This document shows, in pieces, positions 13,601 through 26,976 of a stretch of 64,000 nucleotides of DNA. The position numbers were made by a program, and so were the translations under genes. Source of the DNA: Tubiluchus corallicola (Eukaryota > Animalia > Priapulida); assembly GCA_030141605.1 (NCBI GenBank), contig JAQGDQ010000233.1:283829-347828 (forward strand), read 5' to 3'. The notes under the pieces are model-generated. The model ran no database searches. It saw nothing but the letters and a program-made list of their open reading frames with translations, and was not told where the DNA came from. Numbering within the stretch: the first letter of the stretch is position 1; the number at the start of each line of letters is the position of its first letter.

Positions 13601-15568
13601 TCAATGGCCTCAAAATATAACAGATGCACACAAAGCTACCAAAAGCAGCAAACCACTGATGTGGGGTGGTATTTTAACATGTGCAGTTGCACGGCGCTAC
13701 AGACAGTCATCGTGTATGATAAAATTGCATTTTCAGGGAGCTTTTATGCTAATACTACAACTTATAATTATAAGGCTCTAATTAGTTTATTGCCTTGTGC
13801 CATAGTAATAAATGAAGAGTGTGTGAATTAGAAAAACTAAGACATAAAAGTGGTATTTAAAACTATAACTCTAAAAATAGCATGAATTTTTATAACACTT
13901 TAAAGACAAGAAGACGTTCATTTGGAAAATAGACGTCGTCTGATGAGCCAAGTGACACCGATAGGCAGTCACAGGGGTAAAAATCCCATATTCACATGCA
14001 ATTATAGCAGACAAAAATGCTGTGTTACTGGCAAAAACTTGCACAAATATCAGAAAAATATACATTAATTCAATATGATACCACTATTAAGTTTTTACTA
14101 ACCATTTTTTTATAATAAAGACAATTCAATTTGTCTTTATTATAACTACGTAAGCATGTTCATTTAATGTAAAGTAATTAAGATGACAAGCATCAGATTG
14201 TAATACCAAAAAAAAAACTATTTCTGACAAACTAGCAAAGTAGACAATATCTGAAATGTAATTTACTGTGACTTTTTGAAATCTATGACTTACTACATAT
14301 ATGTCTATAAATACTACACATAATTACAAACGTTTGTCATTACAATTAATGTGAGCATACTTCATGTATGCTCGTCTAATGAATCAACAGTTCTCTAGCT
14401 AACAATAAAACCGGGAAAGTACTGTCACAGACAAGTTAACAACAAAGAAATAAATTTCAAACAACAAACAAAACAACAATAAATCTAATAAAAGGTAAAA
14501 ACTAGGATTAATATAATTATATGTTATAATTTTACAAGAATGAAGCAACCTAAAGTTCTGTATGTGCATTTCACATTTATGCAACACTTGAGAAAGTACA
14601 TTCCTGTAAAACAGTGTGATAGTACACAGAAAGATGGACTATTGTACAAGAAATATAGTTATATATATGTTACCCGTATGCAAAAATACTAATATACAAT
14701 GACAAATGTACAGTTTGCTATTGACTACAACATATTTACAAGAAATATAGTACCTAAGCAAATTAGCTCATTCTACTGAAAGTTATAAATACATAAAGAA
14801 TATTTCAAGCCAAATTTACAGCTAATATACACAAATTGGTAAATGGTTTGTAAAACAATGTACAAATAACGTGAAACTCTCAAAGAACACTCATTTCACA
14901 GAACAGTATATTGTTCTGGTCTCAGTGAACTAATTTCTACTATCTATTTAAGCCTACTGAATACTTTTATAGAACAGTAAACAAGTATGATCCACCATTG
15001 CCAGACACACATTATTTATTTACAGTGAAGAAACATTGTGTCATCATACACAATGTTCTGTACAACAAATGTAATATTTTTGGTATACATATAAAAGGAT
15101 AGACAATGTATCCATTATGTCACGGGTATTCACAAGAATGTATGAACAAAAATAGTACAAACACTGAAAATATTAGTACAAACATCATAATCTCAAATCT
15201 ACAGACTGCTTCCTGTACCTATTCAATTTTACTGTTTACAAAGAAGCAAGAACAACATGCAAGATTTCGGCTAAGCGATAAAATAAACCTCTAATAAACA
15301 AGTAGCAACAATTGCTTTAGGTGGCTTAAATAACCACATTCTTTGACATAATTCAGCTGACTTAACCTCTATGTTTAACTGCCACATTGTAACAAGCATT
15401 TCATTGAAAAAGCACATTCTAAAAGCTACTTTACATCAGATCTGGATAATGCTATCTATAATTCATTGAACTAGTGATGAGCATGTATAATGTCATGCAC
15501 GACAACCCAGAAACTGCAAAATGACGAAGTTGAAAACAACTTTATTAATTTTCCTAGGGTTCGATAGG

Positions 15569-15856
15569 CTAAGTGACGACGAGATGAAATGGTGAGGACA
15601 GACCGTTGCACCTACTCAGCTTTCTGATCTTCTTTCTGAGTTCCGCAACTTCGGACCGTGTTTCTTGCAGCCTGCCTTCCAGCTCTTGATTCTTCATTCT
15701 TAACTGGCAGTTTTCTTCTTTTAGATTTAGGTAACTGCTATATACATCACGTGATTTCATGCCATTTTGACAGTGCAATAAATCACGTTCAGTAATTGAA
15801 ACATCATCTAGGCCTACTGGCAAATGACCATTCTGCTTTTCCAATGCAATTAGTGC
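15569..15856 (-). CDS. SKI: SKI last coding exon, C-terminal coiled coil
   Basis: TTTTTAG acceptor. ALIALEKQ...LKEENCQLRMKNQELEGRLQETRSEVAELRKKIRKL shows a heptad pattern and ends at a TAG stop. The five exons total 1827 nt = 608 aa + stop. Confidence 0.86.
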   Translation of the reverse strand, partial: ALIALEKQNGHLPVGLDDVSITERDLLHCQNGMKSRDVYSSYLNLKEENCQLRMKNQELEGRLQETRSEVAELRKKIRKLSRCNGLSSPFHLVVT

Positions 15857-15956
15857 CTAAAAAAGCAGAACAAAAGTCACAAGAAGAAAAATTGATCTTT
15901 GCACACACATATACACATTGAAGATAGTTAACTGCACTTATTTATAGTAAGTAACA

Positions 15957-16092
15957 CAGTTATCGTCGACTTACGGCCACAATATGTTCCAGCAGATTGG
16001 TTGTAAGACGAAATGGATGCAAGTTTTTTATATGATTAATTAAGTTGCAGTCGGGTCGTAAGTCACATAGGTTGTAAGTAGATGACTATCTG
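15957..16092. mobile_element. Tigger/pogo-like MITE in the last SKI intron
   Basis: Imperfect TIRs CAGTTATCGTCGACTTACGGCC / GGTTGTAAGTAGATGACTATCTG, followed by TA. Confidence 0.7.
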
Positions 16093-16331
16093 TATACAAA
16101 TCCTACTGCAGCACTGTTACTAGTTACCATTATATTCATCAAGCACAATATGTTCTGCAAAAATTAGGCAGGTGAATGTTCTATACAAATCGGCAGTTAA
16201 TAACAATTATTTTCAGAATGAAGTTTATCTGTTCCTCAGACAAACTACAACTAATACCAGTAAATTTTGTTATGGTGATCAACTGCACATCAGGTGACAT
16301 ACTTTTGTTTATTATAAATGCTCTTCCTTAC

Positions 16332-16653
16332 CTTTGTCAGTTCAAGATTTTCACTCAATGTTACTTGTTGTTGCTGTTCACGTCTTTCTTTCATCATCTC
16401 CATGTCTTTCAATAACCGTTTCTTCAAGTTATACTTGTTGTACCCATTGGTTCCTGTCAGTCCATCCTCTGTCACATCTGAATTATTTCTACTGCCAAAA
16501 CCATCTAAGTTGCTGGTTTCAAGTGAAAGTGCTGCTTTATTATCACTACCGCTATCCTCTCTGGATACCAATTCTTCCTTTATAAATTGAGACGGTGATG
16601 AAGATTCAGTAAAGTTAGTGCAGCCCATGTTTTGATCACGTAATGACTCGTTC
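16332..16653 (-). CDS. SKI: SKI exon 4
   Basis: TAG acceptor, GTAAGG donor. NESLRDQ...KKRLLKDMEMMKERREQQQQVTLSENLELTK. Phase 2->0. Confidence 0.86.
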
Positions 16654-16881
16654 CTACATAAAAAATACATAGTATAATGAACTGGTGGCATGCCTGACGG
16701 GGCTTCTCTTTCGTGTTAAATTTTCAAACATAAATGAAAATTTAGATAAGTTATTTACTCAGTTTTTTTGTCTTGGAACTTACAAACACTAACAATAAAA
16801 AATAATCAAAATTGTACAATCAATTTTGCATTACGAGTATTTCAATTTACTTTCAAGATTAACAAATTGACTATTGCTTAC

Positions 16882-16968
16882 TTGGAATCTGCAGAAATGT
16901 CGCAACCTAATGAAGCTGATACAGGTGGCAGCTGTAGCGATTTCGAATTCAGCTTGGTCTGTGAAGCT
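16882..16968 (-). CDS. SKI: SKI exon 3
   Basis: TTTCAG acceptor, GTAAGC donor, 87 nt, open in phase 2-2 (ASQTKLNSKSLQLPPVSASLGCDISADS). No conserved motif recognised, and the exon could be skipped without a frameshift. Confidence 0.78.
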
Positions 16969-18978
16969 CTGAAACAAATTAGGAATCATTATTGAAAATT
17001 ATAGACCTGGCTATATTGAAAAAATACATAGCTTGACACCTAATTAAGTACTGTTTAAGTACTCTTCCTAATTATTTGTGAAGAGCATTTATGTTATTTA
17101 GACTATCAATATCAAGTAAAACTAATAGTATCACTCAGAGTCCTTTATAACTAATGATGCCAATCCATGACATGGCTTCGTGCTTTTGAGAAGAGATGGC
17201 GTTGGCATGCAACATGTAAGGCGATGTCTACGTGAGAATGTAGACCAAGACAAATTTGTATCCGGAGCCCATTATCGCGTCTGGAAGCTGATCGTAATTC
17301 AGATAAAAAGTGCGTTATTTTAATGAATGATGTATTACGCATCAGCATTTCTGCTAAATAAAAACTTCTGTCTCCAAGCAAGCAGCTATCTTTTGATTCC
17401 CTTCCTACACCTTTTACAAAAAACCCTCAGGACAGACACATGATAAAGATAATTTCGTTTGAGCTAGGCCTAATTAAAGCCAAAGCACAATTATGTATTA
17501 CACACTTTGTAATGTTACATGGATTAACATCACTGATACACACACGTAAGCCTACAGCTAAACCTAATCAGACGAAGACCATATAGCTTGGTACGTAAGC
17601 GCCAGCCTCGTTTGCATTCAGGTTGAAGGGCTGAAAAGCAACATGCGAACATCGTGGTCGCATACCCCGATACAGCCAATATAGCATTTCACGCCATAGC
17701 AAAAATGTTAGCATGTTTTTGCTAGCGGTTATGAAACTCGTGGGGTTACAGTAAGTTCAGGCAAACATATTCGTACAATGTGTTTGAAATTGTAATTTAT
17801 GGCCGACCGAACGGATAATAAAAATAGTTGCAATTTATGAAGCTGCTTAAATTCGAATGTGAAATAGGTCGGATGTCACCAGTTCAAAGCGGTTCGACTA
17901 GCCAAACACAAATTTGATATACTTTTATGCGCTAGCAAATGAAAACAATATAAAAACAAAGCAAAATTGTCATACAAAAACAAAGCCTTGATAAAAAAAT
18001 TTGAAGAGGCGAAGTAAAAGGAAACGCTAAACTAAAAGAATGTATGAGAATTAATTTGCGAAAAAGAAAACATATTAGGGGCAAGAGAAAGGGAAAGAGA
18101 TAGGGAGATGTAGGCGAGACAGATAAAGAAAGAGCGAAAGAGAGGAGTTTTTAAATCTCTTAGATTGTCACGTTAACAAGACGATAAAATAAGGCTGTAC
18201 GAAAAACGTATTCAGAATATTGATAATGCGAATATCTGAATATAAAGCATATTTTATAGATTATTTAGTCTCTGTAAATTTCGTGTACGATATACGATTT
18301 TTCCCAGTTTAAAACCTTTTTCTAGACTTGATATTAGTGCTGTACTTTCTACGATGTATTTTAATTTTCTATTGGCAAATAACGTTAATTATCGATTATA
18401 CAGAATAAATTTCTTTCACTCTCGGTTTATAAATAATACATAAACAAACGCAAAATATTATCGCTATCAATAAATAATTATGATGACAAATATTTCAGAT
18501 TAAAATCTCAAGGTAATAAGACAACCGGTCGTAACCACGAGATAGTCCGTGAATTGCGAGTATCCGCTGTCTCGTCCGAATGCACGAAATCTAAACTATA
18601 GAATGCGGAGCCAAAAGTACTTTCGGTCATAATTTCGGGATTTGGGCTATTTGGCATTTTGCGTAAGACAAAAATTGCAAAAATAAAAAAATGTAATCAA
18701 CTTACAATGCAAGGGTTAACGATCAAACCAGTAAATAAACTTATTCGTTAAATATAATGCATTTGAGACTTAGCTGCCTCTGTCTATAGACGCGCAATAT
18801 ATACGGTAGAGAACATATGTTTCACCATTTGTTCATTTTGGAACAGGCATTCAATCAATTAATTGATAAAATCCAATTAAAACGCGTTACAAATAAATTT
18901 ACATGTTGTAAATATATATAGGCTGCAAATTAATTCCTCCTGACTGTAATTCATCATTACTGTATACGTAAAAAGTAC

Positions 18979-19142
18979 CTCTGGCATTTTTCCGCTTTGT
19001 CCAACGTAATTCCAGAGCTCCATGGTCGAAATGCAGATAATCTTTGTAAAGGCAGTTGATACCACAGTCCGTAAGGGTTGTAATACGTGGGTAATCTCTC
19101 ATATTTCCCTCTTTTCACGTTTTCCCATTCCTCGTGTGTTAA
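18979..19142 (-). CDS. SKI: SKI exon 2 (correct frame not in the ORF track)
   Basis: Strong acceptor TTTCTTCTGTAG. Encodes LTHEEWENVKRGKYERLPTYYNPYGLWYQLPLQRLSAFRPWSSGITLDKAEKCQ; QRLSAFRPWS is a SKI-family motif. Phase 0->2 fits the neighbouring exons. Confidence 0.92.
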
Positions 19143-19174
19143 CTACAGAAGAAATAAAATACACTTAAATTTAA

Positions 19175-19744
19175 TAGACAATGTAAATAATTCAGTGCAT
19201 ATAAACCGTATTTACCATTATAGTAGATGAACATTTATGGTAAATACGGGTCTTTCTGTTTGTTAAATCGCATCATGACATATACAAGTTACATTAAAGA
19301 AACATGCGTAAAGGAGTGAAGCTGGAAGCTTTGTCCACAACCTGCATGGTAATCCTGGTTTTACGGTACAATTTATGAAAAAAACAGGCTCGTCTGAAAA
19401 CAAAATAGTTCAATATGCGAGATTACGTGAACGAATGTACAACGCTGATATTCTTCGTTTTCTAGACAATGTAAATAATTCAGCGCATGTAAACCGTATT
19501 TACCAATACGGTAAATGAACATTTATGTTAAATATGGGTCTTTTTGTCTACCAATCGCATCGCGACATATACAAGTTACATTAAAGAAACATGCGTAAAG
19601 GAGTGAAGCTAAAAGCTTGTGTCCTCAACCTGCATATTCTGATTTTACGGTACAACTTATAAAAAAGCGGGCTCATTTGAGAACAAAATAGTTCAATATG
19701 CGAAACTACGTGAACGAATATGCACAACGCTGATATTCCTCGTT
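19175..19744. repeat. Diverged tandem duplication, 2 x ~285 bp
   Basis: Copies start TAGACAATGTAAATAATTCAG at 19175 and 19463 and stay co-linear to CAACGCTGATATTC. Confidence 0.92.
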
Positions 19745-22700
19745 AACGAGAGCTGACGCATGCGTACTGAGGCTGTGCTGTAATAAGCTAATAACGGTAA
19801 TGATCAACATTATCAAAAACATAGAATCACTCTCATTCAATTTTACTATTAATTTATCATTAATTTACCATTAAATTACTATTCACTCGAATTGGTACAA
19901 AGTTCATTCATGTAGACAATCAGGTATCAAATTAACTGTAATTTAATCAACAGTTAAAGATAAAGATTAAAATTCAGGCACAGTTTTTTTGGCGTGGTGC
20001 TACTACCTCCAAGGAGATGTTACAACCCTGTCGTGCTCCTTGAAAATGCATAAAATTATTGTTATTCTCTGAACTAGGAATATGGAAATAGTACCGCTCC
20101 ATTTTGCGATGGTCACGTGTGCAAGGTTAAATGGCTTTGAATTTTAATAGGTACAAATTTTAGTAGAAATGCTGATTTTTTGATTCACTGACAAAAGGCT
20201 CAAACGGAGGGACAATAAGACTACGAAAAACGGCGGTCTAGCACTGCTTTGCAAGAAGTTCAGCTCCTGCATAAGAACCGGAGGGGACAGACAATCTTTA
20301 TAGACACTTCCGAACACAACTTTCTAAAGAAACTAAAAATAAAGATAAGCGACGCTAAACAAATAACGATGTTTGAACGACGAGGAATTTCACACGGAAT
20401 CGCCATGACCTTGTGAGAGAAAAAAACCAGTTTGTTGAGTCGCTGTCGATATGAGCAGCAAAGTATCTCTCTTATCGCTTGCAAAAGTAAAACACCTTAA
20501 AGTCACCTTTAGTTTTAAGACATTATGAACCGAGGGGCCAGCCAGTATGACAATAAGAAACCTTGCTGTCAGCTTGTAGGGAAGCTATTTTCCTGGAAAA
20601 TGACGTGTAAACACCTTTTTATTCAGGCTTAAGCAGAGTTCATACAATTGGGATTTGAAATTTCGTCAAAGGTGACGTATTTTCTGATGATCAAATAAAA
20701 TACAAGCCTATAGCTTTAGCTGTATTTATAAAGATTTTAAGCCACAGCCATTACTTATCTAAAAGTCAAGCTAAAATACATAATATAACGGATACTTCGT
20801 TTTATTGAGTTAAGCTAGCCATTTCAATAAGACGAACTTTACCCGTGCGTTCAACTCAATTTTTCATGAAAATCGAAAACACGCAGTTCCAGGAATTCAC
20901 CGACATCGAGTGAGATTTGCGCAATTGCGCACTACGCCAGCTATGAGGCCTATAGATCTAGAAAATGATAAATGGTTTCGCGATTTCATGGAATTCTTTC
21001 TTTTCCGAAATGGTTAATAAGACGATCGTTCATGTAACTTCTGTTAAGTTAACTTGTACTGACATTTAATAAGCTAGAAGGTTTTCAATAGAAAGCAGTC
21101 AATTAATACATGTACGTGCTATGAATCGCAAGCACACGATCATAATGTGGAGATAAAAACTCACATGTAGGTGGTATAGAAAATTCGTAGTAGGTTAAGC
21201 TGTAGTGATAAAATATAATTTACAGATAAAATTTCAACTAAATGTCTATATTAAATACAAGGTATAATTTGTCTTCGATGGAACCTTGCCAACTAATTAC
21301 AGCTTTGTAACTTGGTATCACGTATTATTCATGATTATAAATGACCATAGACACTTTATATAAACTATTATAAACCTCAAAAAGCAGTTGTACAAGGAAA
21401 AGCATGAACTGAAAACAGACAGTCGCGTGTGGACATCATATTCTACTCTGTTAATCAATGAGAACACAGCGGCGGGCGTATAGAGTAGTAACTGTAACGA
21501 CTGCATTGCTAAGAGAAGAGCAAGCGAACTTTGCGTGACCCAGCTATTACAGCGCTTGAGCGCTGCTGGCTACTATCCAGCGAACATACATTTACATTTT
21601 GCTTGGTCAGGCCAAGGCACCTGCGTGGGAGAACATTCCAGAATATATTTAATACTGCACAACCCTAAATTTGTGCGTGAAGACAAGAACCCCCAGAAGA
21701 AAATATATGGCGAGCGATGTCTGCCAATTTAGATGTTTATGATTTTATTGCAGAAAGCCGTCTATCGAACCATCCATTTGCAGAGAGCAGCAATAAAACA
21801 GTCCTTGAAGTTATGCTTCGCAGATATTTTCGAGGCTTACCAGACAGTGCAGCCACATCCTAATTTCACATTTGCTATACAGACTTTTCAATATAGCTGT
21901 TTATACCTTCCAGTATTCTCGGTACAGACTCAGTCAATGTAATTTTACTTATGTTTCTATTAAAATGTACAAATGTCTGAAATCGACTGAAACTGAAAAG
22001 TTTCTTAATAGGCTCAGTTCTCAAGCAACGTGAACTCGCTTTCCCGCAGTGAATAAACAGAGATTGGACTTGGCATGATACAAACTGGATAGTAAGCAAA
22101 AAGACTTACACCAGATTTTACCAAAGGTCGACAAGATCAAGAAAGCTGGATACCTATACTTACTTGCTACATTGTTACACATACCTACTCGAACTCCCAA
22201 AAACGGTATAACGATTTCAAGAATTAAAAAAACTCCAAAAAGTTTAGCTACCTTAAGATCACGTCGCGGGCGACCTGCATATTCCTTGAAATTTTGCTCG
22301 GCTGTTTCAGTTTTCTATTTTAAGTTTGTTCAAAGTTCCAAACTTACAATTCCAAAATAACAGTACCTAGCTATCCTACTGTAGTACAGTGAAAATGTAT
22401 TTTGGACAACTTTGAGCAAGTAAAACCGCTGTTCATAACATCTATTCACAGTTCATTCTCGGAAAGAGCGTGTCTAATATTTGCGGGACTAGCGGTTCTT
22501 TACCTGTCTTGAGAACAGATTTCTTTTCGCCCAATATGTGCAGAGACAAAGTAGATGATAATGATGTTCAGAACTGTTGTGACAATATCCAGGCCTCTGG
22601 TCTCATAGGGCAAGAGTGGTATCCAGCTCTTAAGCTGAAAAGTTGTTACGACTGTGTTTTCAGGTAATTCACAAGTATGTTTGCGTACAACCTTTTTAGT

Positions 22701-24319
22701 CTACTAACTGCTTCATAAAAAATCCATAAAACCGTATAGTATAGACCTATATAATATTACATACTATATTTAACATTGTGTATAATTTGTAAAGTTAGCT
22801 ATTTCTAAAACATCCGGAGAGAGAAAAGCTTCTCAGTTTGATAAATTCGTGCGTGTTTAACGTGGCCTAGATTAACGGACGCGATTTACGACTAATACAC
22901 GGGTGTCATTAGCGGTAAGGCGGAATTTGGAAAGTAAATACATTCGTCAAAGCGATGTGCTTGGTAAATCGTGATGCGAAAACGCTTTTCTCTATGAAGC
23001 ACACGCACATACGCACGTGTAACGTGATCTTCTATACAAGACTGCAAAAAGCTTAGCTACTTGATGCATGTAACATGTGGGCTTCCAAACAATAGCTCGC
23101 AGATTCAGACGTAGTTTTAAAGCACAAAAGAAAATTATTCTATGGTTAAATAAAAGCATATTAGCGCACAGTAATGACAGAACATTCAACGATGTTTCAT
23201 AATTAAATAATTTTAATCTGATAACATTTCAAGCTATGTACACTGTATGATTTGCCTTAGCATTCAATCTTTTTGTACGACAGAAAGACCTGTGCAAACA
23301 CTTTAAGCAGAATGAAGTTTTCACTGGTCAGTAATTTTTAACTACTTGTTTCCTTGCATGGACCTTATTGCAAAAACAGCGTTGACATTGCAGTCTTGTA
23401 TCAGATGAAAACATTCATAACTAATTCAAAATGTCGTTCAAAAAATCTCGAACCGTGGCTGATGCTCGGGAGAAAACTCCAAGGAGATTATACGCAGACA
23501 ACCTTTAGAGGCACGCCACGCTGGCTTCGCAAAAATGCTCTCTGTAATTATAAAGAGCAGCACCGGCCGCGTGACCTGATTTTTTATCGGTTATTTTAGA
23601 CACGAATCCATTCCGCAGATTATTTTCCAGCGTCATGACAAAACGCGTTCAGCTGCAGCTTAAAAAATCGTTAACCAACGTGGTGGGGTTGTGATGTACG
23701 TAGCCTAATTAATGCTATGCATGAAAGCTGCAGTGTAGCTTCCTCGATCGAAGCTTTGTATAAGCTAATACGAGTTTGCAACGGGTATTTTCAATCAAGG
23801 AAAAAGCGACAATAACACGTGAACGACAACGGGAGGGGTATAAACGGTAAAAATTGCGAAGAGGTGTTCACGATGGTATGATAGTGTTTGCAATGAAAGT
23901 TAATAAGCACAGAGCTTATTTAGAAAGTGAGGCGCGAAGTAATGGGCCACAAAAAGCCCATAACTTTAATTGCTGAACAAAAAATATGAAAGTTAAACCA
24001 CGCAAACAAAATCACTTGCCAGAGCGATAAATTTTATTATGGTCTTGTTTCTAGATTATTAGAGATACGATGAACCTGTAGTCGTAAATATCTGTGGCCT
24101 CATTTAAGCCAACAAAGACGCAAATATGAATTCAGACATTATCAGTGTAGACACTGTCTCAGTGTTGTGCACTATGCATCCGCACTATCAAACCCTTTTC
24201 GAGATGACTGGTCAGTCATGGCAGACCAATAATGTTCAGGAAAATTAATGCAAATGCATGCAGGAATTATTAATAGCGGGACTAGCCAAACCCCACAAAA
24301 AGAATTTTGTGCACAAATC

Positions 24320-25160
24320 AACACACAACCCACACCACACTACTCCACCACATCACACTGCACAGCACCACACCATACCACTCCACCTCATCGCACCACA
24401 CTGCACCACACAATACCACCTACACACCACACCACCCACACCATACCACTGCACCACCCACGCACCACACCACACCACCCACACCATAATACTCCACCAC
24501 ATCACACCACCCACACCATACAACTCTACCACATCACACCACACCATACCACTGCAGCACACCGCACCACCCACACACCACACCACACCACCCACACCAT
24601 ACGACTCCACCACATCACACCACACTGCACCACACCACACCATACCACTCCACCACATCACACCACACTGCACCACACCATACCACTGCACCACTCACGC
24701 ACCACACCACACAACCCACACCATAATACTCCACCACATCACACTGCACAGCACCACACCATAACACCACACTGCACCACACCACCCACCCACCTACACA
24801 AAACACCACCCACACCATACCACTTCACCACATCACACCACACCGCACCACACCATACCACTGCAGCACACCGCACCACCCACACACCGCACCACATCAC
24901 CCACACCATACGACTCCACCACATCACACCATACCACTGCACCACACCACACCGCACCACCCACACACCACCCACACCATAATACTCCACCACATCACAC
25001 CGCACTGCACCACAACACCCACCCACCCACACACCACGCCACCCACTCCATACCACACTACCCACACCACACCCCACACACCCTATCACCCCACCACACC
25101 ATCCATAGCACAACACACAAAGCACACCACCACATCACACCACATCAAACCCACCACCTC
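24320..25160. repeat. CACAC/CACCA-rich low-complexity satellite with higher-order units
   Basis: Recurring ACTCCACCACATCACACCACACTGCACCACACC blocks. Confidence 0.95.
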
Positions 25161-25564
25161 ACGTGGTGATCATGATGTTGATGATGATGGTGATGATGAT
25201 GGTGGCAACGATGACGACACCTATAGCACAAGCACCAACAGCACAGCATTGCAACAAAACCATTCCAAACATTTTTCACAAAGTTGAAACTATGTGCTAT
25301 AATATAATAAATAGCAAAGGCCCCGCAAAAGATTTTGCATAAAAAACCACGTGTAATCAATAATACGCGAACGTCCTACACAGTCCTCATTTATAACACA
25401 ACGCCCGTAACATCCTGCATACCGTTTGTTTAACTAACGCAAACCCGTAGCAGGCAGCTTTTTGCTGAATTAAAGTTATAAGATTATAGACAGAATACAA
25501 TGGATGACGTCACAACAATGCCTTTGCGTCAATAGTTTTCTAAGCGAAAATTGCCGAAAATAGA

Positions 25565-26147
25565 ACTCCTAACTAACTCGTTGATACTCCTCTCGGTGGA
25601 CCTGCCCTAAAATATAGCCCACATCATCGTGTAGCCCTGTCCATCCTCTTTGTAAAGAGCTATATATCTCCTTCCGAGAGTCCCACCGGGCGCCGCTAGA
25701 ACGTTTTTTCCGCAGGCTGTTTGGTCAAAATTTCGAAAAAATCGCGAGTTGGGTCCGGGAAAACGCCCGTTGCGGGACCCCGTGGCCCTCTCGCAAATTC
25801 TAAATATGCCTACTACACGCACCGCTGAACGGGCTATCTATCCATACCCAGCACCACCCTCGACCCGTTCCCGTTCTCTACATCTCAGCCGTATAACTTT
25901 TGCAAAAAACGGCCGAAAAACGGCCATTTTGGGAGGTTTTTCGCCCCCCGTTCCTCCCGGTGGGCCCGATTCGAAAAATAAACCATCAATGGCACGACAC
26001 TAGATCGAGACCTTTCGTTTGATATATAAATCGCCGCAAATGGTGCCCTCGTCCGGGCTGTAGCCTCGAATCTTATATATATATAAATAAATATATATAT
26101 ATACCAAGAATATTAATATAATAGCGGGATCCTAACGCTCAACTAGT
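25565..26147 (+). mobile_element. GC-rich putative non-autonomous Helitron-like element
   Basis: Abrupt GC/CpG-rich block, then a (TA)n tract, a short stem AGCG...CGCT and a terminal CTAG followed by T. The 5' boundary is uncertain. Confidence 0.4.
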
Positions 26148-26627
26148 GACTGTTTTTCTTATCAAGACGTTTTTAGCAAGCACCCACATAGTGCAATTTT
26201 TCCATGCATATATTCAATCAATGGAATACACACATGCAGGCTCAACATTAGTATGCAATGGTGACTGTTTATAAAGGAAGGAGGTGAGATTATGAGTAAA
26301 TAAGAAGGAAAACTGGGTAACTAGAGCAAAGGGTTGACGCATTACTAAAGGCCCCATGCGCAGTAATTGGCTTCCGTTTAAATAATTGATTACAAATTTT
26401 ATCCGAAGCGAAAAGCATCATATCTGGCAAATAGAATAAGAAAGTCATTGGTTATTTGGCATTTTGAAGGACAGAGTAGATTACGGGTCAAGAAAAGTAG
26501 AAATGACAGTATGCACTCTTAGCATCCGACACACAAGAATAAGTTTCACACATGAAGCTGTATAAGACTCGTCTGAGACTGAAATAGAGTGCGACCACTT
26601 ATATGCTGCCAATAGCAAAAGTTAACA

Positions 26628-26876
26628 GACGGTTTGGTCTAGTGGTAACACGTCCGCTTTCCGTCTGGGGCCGGGTTATACCAAAGACTTTAAAAATGGT
26701 ATCTGCTGTTGTCTTGCCTGGCGCGTGGTATTTAGGGAAAAGTGGGGCAACCACAGTCTCTGTTATGTAAATGCAGATTGTTATTTACAGTCGGTCCAAA
26801 AGCTCTTTGAAGCTTATATTAATTATTTATCCGAAAAGCCGACTTTAAATAAAGATTATTATTATTATTATTATTA

Positions 26877-26878
<2 letters not shown>
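26628..26878 (+). mobile_element. tRNA-derived SINE copy (B-box region apparently deleted) with (ATT)n tail
   Basis: A-box-like TGGTCTAGTGG, body GGTTATACCAAAGACTTTAAAAATGG...GCCTGGCGC, then AATAAA and (ATT)n. Confidence 0.6.
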
Positions 26879-26908
<30 letters not shown>

Positions 26909-26976
26909 ACTGCTACTACAACTACAACTACAACTACAACTACAACTACAACTACAACTACTACTACTACTACTAC
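26855..26976. repeat. Compound microsatellite (ATT)n(TGC)n(TACAAC)n(TAC)n
   Basis: Direct reading; it extends the SINE tail. Confidence 0.95.

Noticed and set aside
17151-17381. 76-aa ORF considered as an extra SKI exon
   Set aside because: No good splice-site pair or motif, and the exon chain closes in frame without it.
24248-25125. His/Thr/Pro-rich 244-aa ORF and overlapping ORFs
   Set aside because: Low-complexity CAC satellite that is open in most frames, with no gene structure.
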